Shown one piece after another: positions 46,504 through 57,200 of a stretch of 64,000 nt of DNA. The notes beneath the pieces are model-generated. The model saw nothing but the letters and a program-made list of their open reading frames with translations, did no database searches and was not told the DNA's origin. The DNA is from Podarcis vaucheri (taxonomy: Eukaryota): the NCBI GenBank assembly GCA_965113315.1, contig OZ220368.1. One strand, 5' to 3'. The translations under genes were made by a program, and so were the position numbers. Positions within the stretch are counted from its first letter, which is position 1, and the number at the start of each line of letters is the position of its first letter.

Positions 46504-49500
46504 CTTGGTTTTATTAAGGAATAAAAGTCTTGATGGCAAGCGTTAACAATTTATAAGCGGTGGGGGGGGGGATGCAAGAAACAAAGACTATGGGACACAA
46601 AAGCATCACAAAATTACGATACTTCTCAATCTCTATTTATTAAAACTAAAAAAGCTTGTTAGACCGCCTCAGCTGGAGATGGGAGAAAAATCTACCTCAC
46701 TTTGCCTTCTTAGTGCTGCAGAGAAAGATGTACGTTAAAATAATTGTTGCTGTGTTGATGCAACCAGAACCAAGACATTGTGGAGCCGGAAAGAGGAATG
46801 GAGAAGAGACTGGAGTGGTGGGTGGAGTTGGAGGGGTGTATGTGAATCAGGAGACAATGAGCAGCATGAAACTAGTACACTTTTGTTCATGATAAGCTAT
46901 GGTTTATTTCTGACTATGGCTTACTACGGAGGTGGGAGCTGTGGCCCCTCCAGCTATTTCTGGACTGTGACTCCCATCATTCCTGACCACTGGCCATGTT
47001 GGTTGAGGCTGATGTGTGTTGGGAGTCCAACAGCCCTGTCTTACTGTCATGTGCAAAATGGGCCAGTAACTGTTTTAATAACTGGTTTTCCATTTTTTAA
47101 AAGCAAAAAACAAAATTTGTGGATGGTCTGATTGCCTTGATGAGGCGTATGCAAACTCTGCCCGTCCAGATGTTTGGGGCTACAATTCCCATCATCCCTG
47201 ACCACTGGTCGTTAGCTGGGGATGATGGAAATTGTAGTCCCAAACATCTGGACGGGCAGAGTTTGCCTGTGCCTGGCCTTGATTTTCACTCCATGACTTC
47301 ACTGTGTTCCACTCAACTAAGTACAAGAAGCTGGCTGCAGAGAACTATGTAGGAGACAAACGTTTGAGGGCTGTTTTAGCAAAGGCAGCCAGGAAAATAA
47401 GTGTATTCCTTTGGTGGCAGTGGAGAGGACCGAGGAACACAGGAAAAGGACAAATGAGTGAAGGACTCTGGTTCGCTCCCCTCCCTCTCACCTGCGCTGC
47501 AACAACCATGTCTTCTGTTTGCCTACAATTTAAATGGGGACAAATAATTTGCAGAGAAACCTTGCTACCAAAAGCAAGATTCTAAAAGCAGGCCCAATAT
47601 TTAACTGAAACTGAAACGGAAAGCTTTTCTTTATTTTAAGAAAAGGATACGACCACCATAGGCTTGTCAAATAAAACATATCCATTGACTTCTTTCAAAG
47701 CTTTTGCAGCTGCTCCTTCATTGGGAAGCCCAACAAATGCTTGTCCTTTCATACGGCCTTCTTTCATTAAGCGTATATCGAACCTAGGATAAATTGCAAG
47801 ACGTAAATGCTTCAGCTGCCCAGTACATATCGCAACAGATGAAGGAAGGAGCCATGATTTGTTTCAGTAGTTCTCAATAGGACTACAGAAGAGTCCTGCT
47901 GTACAAACAGCCTGCTCAGGTTCTTGCCCGATTCTGACAAAACAGGTATCTTCTGATACATCACTATACATTTCAGTTTCCCAAGCTGTGGCACCCATGG
48001 AATAAAATTGCAGTTCTGTTACTAGAACAACATTCTGTAATAGAATTACAGTTCTCTTAAAAGAACAGCATCCTCACTTGGTACAAGTCTACTCTCTTCC
48101 CAAACCCCTCCTTTGCAACATCCTTAGCTATCTTCCCAATTCTCCTAATTCCTTTCTCCATGCCCTATTTTTTTCCCAGTGCACAATTTATCCCTTCCCA
48201 CAATCTCACTTTCTCAGCCACATTTCTCTGACTTGACTCTCTCCTTCTACACCCCCAGTGGCGGCTTCTCTCTCTATTGCCACAAGTGGTATAGGCCCTC
48301 CCCATGCCCACCCTGCTGCTCTCAATCCTAATGTTTCATTATCCTCTATGATCCTCACTATAGTCTTTCATTAAAAAGGGTGCTGGACTCCTCTACTGGA
48401 AAATAGGCGGAAACATACAAGTTCATGGATATATCATTTGGCTCACCAAGTCAAGAGCGGCTCAACCTACGGAAGAAGTCACCCAGCCATCACTTACATT
48501 ATACGTTCAGTTTCTGATGAAAAGTCAACGTATCTTCCAAAGATAAACTTCAAATCCTGGGATTTAAATAAAAGCAGAGCAGGAAGAGTTAGCTACTTCT
48601 GCGGAAGGAACCAAACACTTTCTGCTCAATTCCCACTTACCCTTTCTTGAACTTGTTTAGAGAGATTCTTCACGTAAATTCTACAATTTGGCTCACCGGG
48701 CTCATAATTTCTGAAGACAGCAAGAGTTTCCATTTCTTGAGCACAGAAAAAAAAAATATATAGCTGTAATCTCTATTTTAGCCAATAGGCTTAATTAAAT
48801 AATTAATTCTCAACAGAATGTATATTTTATGTGAAAAAAACCCAAATCAACTAAGCAATATAGCCAAACAAGCTCATCACATTTAAATAAAGCAACATCC
48901 TCACTGCGTGTCATAAAAAAAATTAATGGTAATAAAATCACCTTTATGGGAGACTCTGCCTTTTTCTAGCTCTCTTTTAGAAACAAATTCCGAAGGTATT
49001 TCATCGTCTTCTCCTTCCTCTTCTGTCTCTTCTTTATGACTGGAACGGAGAGCGGGTAAGATTTTTCCAAACCCTTCACCAGATATTTCATCAATGGCTG
49101 CATAGATGTCTAAGACAATTAAACACAGAGAACGTTTAGTTGGGACATGATCCTGAGACACAAGTGACCTCAATCAAATTAAATACAAGATAACGTGCTA
49201 CAATCCATGTACATATGAACATGTTTTAATTGACACACACAGCATACCATTGTTATGCTGCTCCGCCAAGCTTTTCTGAAGAATGCCAGGGCTCTCTGAA
49301 GATATGTGAAATTCAATTTTTTTGAGACCTACAGGGTGCGGCTGCTCAAACACATCCGAAGGCGACAGGGCTGGGTGCAAATTGCTGTTCAAAAAGACAA
49401 TATAAAGCTTCGCTTAAAGCTTCTTTACAAGAAAGATTATGCACAGAATTGTTTACTCCTTAATGATTTTACATTTCTTTAAAGGGATTGCAAAAAGGGT

Positions 49501-51172
49501 TGCTAAGCACGTTACAGGTAAGAGTTGCAAGCAATATTCTGGTAATACTGTTTTTTTCTTACAATATAGTGCTATATACAATCACACCGCTGGACAATCT
49601 ATATTTTTACTTGCTGAATATTTCTGACAGTTCAGTCAGGTAATTTCTCAAGATATCTATGTACTCATTACATAGCAATGATCCACATTCAATACTCATA
49701 TATCCATACCTGTGGGAAGCAAGCTGGGAGACATTTAATAAGTCTTTGATCTTTCTCTTTTTTCTTGTACGGTGCGGTTTTGTTGGGATCCGTCGTTTGG
49801 GTTGGAGGGTTGCCAATTCCATCAACTTTGTAAATCTGAATTATTAACACATTGAATACTTTATTGGAAAAAAGGCATTTCAACAGAAAATATGGGGGGA
49901 GAGTTAAACTTATCAATGAAACAAACCTCCCGCCCTCAGGGTTTTAGAGTTTGGCTTTTAAAAGAAGACTCTATTTAGTAGATGCCTGCTGCAGACAAGC
50001 TGATGTTGACTACTCTGCCATTTCTTCCACTCTGAACCCTGGTAGACGGAGAACTGGGGAGAACTGATTGGGAAACACACACCACTGCCCTGAGAAGAGT
50101 CTGGTAAATGAAAGAGAAGGAGCAGCCAGAGCAGCTGTCTCCTTTGGTTTCAGTTTCTCTGAAAGATAATGTGCTGATGAAGTCCAGTGAAGCTCAAACC
50201 TCACCACACACGAGGGGAAGAGGCTATTTCTCAGATCTAAACTTGCTATAAGAAAGGGATGGGAAGAAGGGGGCATCTGAAACTGAGATCAATTTTGCAG
50301 GGTCTACAGACCAAATTAACCCCTATCAAGTTAAGGCTGAGGTATGCTTTCCCTACCTATTCATTTCTTTGAATTACATCAGTTGATTCCATGCTCTATA
50401 GGTCTTCAAGGGCAAGGCCAAAAGCTTTGGGGATATATATTTAATGGATACGAGATGTAACTATTTGCCGGAAGCACCACACAACATGCACTATTTTAAG
50501 AAAAGAGTATTTAAAAAAAAAACAAAAAACCCTACCTTGATACTCAATTATGGTTAAAATATACTTTTGAAATACTTTTAGCAAGGTTTAAAATTAGTTG
50601 AAAATATATTTACTGCTTGTTAAAAGAAATCTAGTTGGTACTAAAGTGGGCTTCTATGTTACTGCTATGTATTCAAGAGAGAAAGAGACAGAGACATCGA
50701 TTGCTAAGGCACAGGTAATTCCTAAACTATGGGTTCCAATCCCATAGTTTAACTATTTGCTAACTTTTACAGTTTTATTTTGTTGGGAGCCACCCAGAGT
50801 GGCTGTGGAAATCCAGTCAGGTGGGTGGCAGCTGCTTCGTCGTCGTCTTCTTCTTCGACTGCAAAATATCACTAACTCTTTGCAGGCAGAGAAAAACAAG
50901 GACACCAACTTTTACGCAGGGAGCAGCAGGCTACAAAATATCACTAACCTTTCTTTTTCCTCTTCATCAGCACTTTCATACTCAGATTCATCTTTGTTCG
51001 AGTCCTGGCTGTCCTCCTCTTCAGGCAAAGGAGGTTCCTCAGGAGGCAGAGGAGGAATGGGAGGGGGTAAAGGGATATACTCTTCATACTAAAGGAAGAA
51101 TAAAATGTACAACCTTTTTGGTATTTCAGTTGTTAACAGTTCAAATGCAAGTGTGTGTGTGTGTGTGTGTGT

Positions 51173-51208
<36 letters not shown>

Positions 51209-54200
51209 ATACAGTACTCAACAAGCAAGTGTTCTGCACCACAGTCTAGTTTTTGACATTAGATTATCACATACCCTCTTGTGGGCACTGATAAGAAAGG
51301 GTTTGGACAAAAGGCCATAGCTACTGCATCACTCCTGCAGCACAACCAGGGAATATAGGTCAAGAGTGGAGACTGAGGAAAGAACAAGGTTAAGAATATT
51401 TATGGTACAATTTATCCCACCATTGCATCTCTTCTTCTTCTTCTTCTGAGAAGAGTCAATATACAACTCAATATGTTGAACTTATATTTCAGTAATGATA
51501 GGAAATTCCCATTATATTTTTCAAAGCACACCTTTTATGGTCCACCTGATAATGAAGAGCAGGACCCAAAGATGGAGTGACACTTCTAACTGAGGAGTTG
51601 CAAAAGTAGTTTGATATGGCATGATAATCAGCTGTTCAAGGGGGGAAAGCCAAAAATGCCACTAGGTTCACACTCCTACTTGCATCCTAGCCAAAAATGC
51701 TAAAGAAAGGGGTATCTTAAAACTATAAATACAGTGGTACCTCTGGTTACAAACTTAATTTGCTCCAAAGGTCCATTCTTAACCTGAAACCGTTCTTAAC
51801 CTGAGGTACCACTTTAGCTAATGGGCCTCCCATTGCCACTGGCACACGATTTCTGTTCTCATCCTGAGGTAAATTTCTTAACCCGAGGTACTACTTCTGG
51901 GTTAGCGGAGTCTGTAACCCAAAGTGTTTGTAACCCGAGGTACCACTGTACAATGTTGCATTTATTCACAGTGCTTCAAGTAGTAACAGTTTCATACCAT
52001 AGGAGGTCGAGGAGTAACTGGCCCAAAGGGAGGGGGAAGATTCATTTTGTTCATAAGATGCAAAACCTGAAAGATAACCAGAGCAACTTAGCATCTTCTC
52101 CAAGTACTCAAAGATGAATACTTGAATAAACATGCCATTAATTGTCATGGGACAAATATTATCCTTGCCACAACCGTTCAAGTATCCCACATAAACCAAA
52201 CTTGTTGGGTATTTTATAATGGTTTTATATTTGCCATAGCTAATGGGCAGGAAATGTTTCATCTGAAGATTAAAATGTCACTTTGCATTTCTTAGCACAG
52301 AAAGTATTGATCTGATGTGTAGAGCTCTTTCCTATTCTAATTAATTCAAGTGAAAGAAACAAGCAGAAAGAAAGAAACAAGCAGAAGGTTCATGATGTTT
52401 GGGTTATTCCTTCAGAGAAGCTGCATACAGCTGGCTTAAACTGGTTCTCTTATCTCTTTCTGTCAAGGTCATACTGACTATAATAAGAGGCCAGAAGGAG
52501 CCTGGGTGTGGTGTTCTGTACATAGTATGCTTAGTGTTAAGGTTTAGTCTTATTATAAGTTATTGTAAGTTTAAGTGAGGTCTGCTGCAACTGGATTTCT
52601 TATGGACAGTGCCAATCCTGAATGTATTAGATTTGTGACCATTATGCTCATTTGCCTTTGGTAGCAGTAAAGCTCTGCTGGATGAAATGCCTCTGGTCTA
52701 TTTTTTGGGAATCTTGCAACGTATTTAAGTTTTTACTCTGCTAACTATACTTTGGAGTTCTACTCTGCATCAATAGTGAGTAGAATACATGACATAAAAT
52801 TCTGGAACCATAAAAAATGAATAATTCTACAAGTTATAATAAGTTGTGCTTGCCAGACAGAACTAGATTTAATATATCTACCTAATGTGATTTATTTAAG
52901 GGCTTTTTTCTCACAGGGAGATGGGATACTGAGATAAAATAATTTGGCAATACAGGGAGATATATGTACAACAATTATAACAGAAACGGTGTAAAATCTT
53001 GACCTAGGCAGTAAAACAATATCAACTAGTTTGGACATATTTGAAAACATGGTTACATACTTCCAAGCATCTAACAATATGGACTAGAAGTTTGGCCTTT
53101 AAAAAAAAATTATTGGAAAGAAAATTTAAAGAACCATGTGATTTGTCACTTAAGACACTGAGCAAAACCACCCCTAGATTCTGCAATGAACACGTATACC
53201 TTACCTACTTCTGCCATGGAATCCACGATGGCACACATGTGATCCAAAAGCCAGTACTGGCATTGACAGGCATGCATATATTGAGCAAGGTGGTAGCTGT
53301 ATGGTGCCTTCAGACCATAGCTTAATAGCTTTGATGGCTGAAAACAGTGCTTATGAGAACATACTAAAAATATTCTTACTGCTAAAGGTGATCCAATAAC
53401 TCATACTGAAAGTCTTTGTGAGCTCCTTTGCAGTCACTTTCAAATTAATTGATGCCACTACAAACTCAATTAGGAGTGGAGCGATGCAACATTCACAGCA
53501 GAATCCTATACAAAAGTAAGTCCCACTGAGATCAATGGAGCTTATTTCAAAGAAGCAGATACAGGACATAAGCCCTAGTCAATAATTTACAGCTGCTTAA
53601 AATAACAATTTGGCAATACCATACTAGTAATCCCATACTAGTATAGGGTTTATGTATTGAATTTAGGTTGGGGACGAGGATTTACACTTACCTGCACATA
53701 AAACTTAGGCACACTTGCCAAGGCATTTGCTATGTTGGCTAGGATTGTACTGGAAGGCGGGGGATATCGATATTTGAGGCAAGAATTTATAGGGAAAGTT
53801 AACCTGTGAGGGGAAACAAACCAACCTTAGAAACAATTCAAACCTATTAAAAAAAAAGCTTCACTATGCAGAAGAGTTCAATATTTAGAGTTTAAAAGCA
53901 CCAAACAAAGAAACCCCTAGCTCACATACCAGCAATTCTGAAACATGAGAGACTGATTCCATGATATCCAGGGATTAATAAAAATATTTACCAACCACAG
54001 GATTGTAATGCTTCTCTTTGTCGAACAGCAGCTCCCAACACTACAGGAGACATTTGAAACTAAAGGGAATTTCAAAAGCATGTTGATCATAGAACTGGGA
54101 GGTCACCTGGCCTAACCCTTACTCAATGCAAATACGCAGTAGGAAAAAATGTGTGTGAGCAAACTGCTACACACTCGTAGTAGCTCTTAAATACCAATCC

Positions 54201-57200
54201 ATATGCAATAATAGTGACAGGCAACAAATATCTGCAGACAGAGGTTTGTGGAGCCCTCAGAAAACTAAGTGTGGCAATCTTTTTAGCACACAAATCTGCT
54301 CTGTTGCTTATCACATCTACTGAAAGTTCCACATCCATGCAAGTATCTAACATTAGTTCTCCCAAAGTTGCTAGACTCTGAACTATTGCTTACTGACTGG
54401 GGCCAACGGGAGCTGGAGGTAAACAGCATCTGACAAACTGCAGGTTAGCTACTTCTGTTTTAATCAGAAGCAGGAAAAAAACGTACAGTGGTGCCCCGCA
54501 AGACGAATGCCTCGCAAGACGAAAAACTCGCTAGACGAAAGGGTTTTGCGGTTTTTGAGCTGCTTCGCAAGACGAATTTCCCTATGGGCTTGCTTCGCAA
54601 GACGAAAACGTCTTGCGTTTTTTGCAAGTTTGCTTCCTTTTTCTTAACACCGTTAATACAGTTGCGACTTGACTTCGAGGAGCAACTCATAGAACGCGGT
54701 GTGGTAGCCTTTTTTGAGGTTTTTGGCGATTTTTGAAGCTTTCCCAAAACTTTTCTGACACCGTGCTTCCCAAGACGAAAAATTCGCTAGACGAAAAAAC
54801 TCGCGGAACGAATTAATTTCGTCTTGCGAGGCACCACTGTACTAAGAAAAGGGTAGTGATATAATTGTAGGAACAGAGAGGATGTGATTTATTCTTGGAA
54901 ACCAAGCTAAGAAAATATTACTGGTCTCTCATATGTTTGCCTAAACACGTTCACAAATGGTTTAAAGGCTAGGATTCAACAACAATTTTTGTATACAAAA
55001 TCAGAACTCAAGTACTAACCCATGGCTAGGAGCAATTCCACTTTCTATCTTGAGGCAGCCTAGATCTTTCTGTTCTTTCTCTTCTTTCACTGGTTCTTCA
55101 AGGCTAAAACACACACAAGAGCAATGCGGTATGTTGAAATAACCCTAACTGTAAATGAACACCACTGTGTTTGGACATAAAGCGCATTAAAAAAAAGTCG
55201 CCAAGAAAACTTGTTGTTGTTCATTCTTTACTTGTGCAACATCTATTTGGAAAAAAATACCAAATGAAGGACAATAGTAATAGGGGTAAACATAACACAA
55301 TATAAATGACTAGATATGGCAGTTTCTATGAAGTCATAACTCCAATTTTGGCTCATAAATATGAATCCCCACTCAAATCTATTTTGTTCAGTTGTTGAAT
55401 TCTGTGAGGTAGCCGTAATTTATATTCCAATAAAGGTGGTGAATAAGATGAACCGTATATGTAAAAATCTGTATTTTTGATTCTGCTCACTTCTCTTCCC
55501 TTCCTATGTTTGCTCAGTGGAAAAAAATAAATCAAACAGAATTGTCTTTGTGGCAGAACTCCTAACTTCTCCAGTCCCAGTCCTAGACAATCTGACCAAA
55601 ATTTATCTTTGAATGTGTCAAGATCTCCCCAGTATGATGGTCACACAGTAAAAATGGAGTGGAAAAGCATATCTGCTATGTAACCACAGGAACCCAGCCT
55701 AAATAAGGCTGTAATCCGAACCCCACTTACTTGGAAGTCCTACTGTATTCACTAGTACTTGCTTCTTGCACTTCAGATCTACAGTATTAATAGAATGGGA
55801 TCTGAAGAAACAACCTGGATCCTCCTGGATTCACCACAGCAAAGTTTGAAGGAGTTTTTGGAAAATACTTTCAAGAATCTTAGAAATATTTTATAAGACC
55901 ACTGAATTTGAAAATACAGAAGCATCTACATACCTTTTGTCCTTCTCGCTTTCAGAAGATTGGCTAAGTGCACAAACACTGTCTTGGTCCTTTGCATATT
56001 CAACTACCAGAGTGTGGCCTAGAAGGTTCAGCTGATGCAATCTCGATAAAGCCTTCAATTGAACACAACATGCAGTTAAATCAACTAACATTTAAAACGC
56101 ACTCTGACCCATCAACTTCTCGGTTTATTCCTTTCTTCTCCCCTCTTGCAATTTACTTTGCCTAAAAACTAAGTAACACGGATAGAAATTTGTTTGGGGG
56201 AAGAGCAATACCTTTCCATTTAATCCCTCTTAATGACCAAAATGGATAATGTCCCGACCGTTGCCTACAATTTTATACCAACTTACCAGCGAGAAAGGCA
56301 TGCTGAAAATCAGTGAGAATTACTTCTCATTGCAGAAAAGTCTTGCTACACATGCAGAAAATTGCACTGTTAATGACTATGGGATTTAATTGCTTTCTTG
56401 CCAGTTCTTGAACTGGACACTGAAACTTATACTTCTGTTCCGATAATGTAAGTTACTTATAGATATCTTATGCATATCTTTTATAAATTTCCTACTCCAA
56501 GGATTTTACACTTTTAAGTTAGATAGACGATAGAAGTTAGGAGAGGCAAAGTTAAGATGACAACAGAATGTCTGTCATCTTAATACAGAAAGAGCTGTAA
56601 AATATAAAGCTAAGCAACTCAATATATTTTCTGTTTCTCTACAGCAGGCTTCCTCAGACTGGGCCCTCTAGATGTTTTTGGCCTACAACTGCCATGATCC
56701 CTAGCTAGCAGGACCAGTGGTCAGGGATGATGGGAACTGTAGTCACAAAATATCTGGAGGGCCGAGGTTGAGGAAGCCTGCTTTACAGTCTTGAACACTT
56801 AGCGGGTAGCCTGCATTTGCACATTTAGAAGTTAAGCAGACCTGTTTTAATATTAGCATCTAATATGTACAGACAGTCATCAGTACCATACACTGTTGCC
56901 TTTAGGCTAACAGTTAATATTCATTTGCTAAAGTGTCCTTGCTGTTTTCTAACAAAACCTAAATATATAATTATCTAAAGCATTTTGGAAGAAACTTATC
57001 CAGGCATGAATGCTCTAATGCAAGTCCTCCCTCCAATCTTAATGGAGTTTATTCTAAGTAGATATGCAAACAATCACAGCCTTACAACCCAATCCTCAGA
57101 AATAAATCTCATCGAAATCAATGGGGTTTTCTCCCCAGGTAAGCAGGGTTAAGACTGCAGCCTTAGACTTATCTTCAACACTTTGTTTCTGTATTGAAAG

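Noticed and set aside
54486-54839. Regularly recurring AAGACGAA motifs resembling a CRISPR-like array
   Set aside because: Eukaryotic context; these are subterminal repeats of a TA-flanked Tc1/mariner-type MITE.
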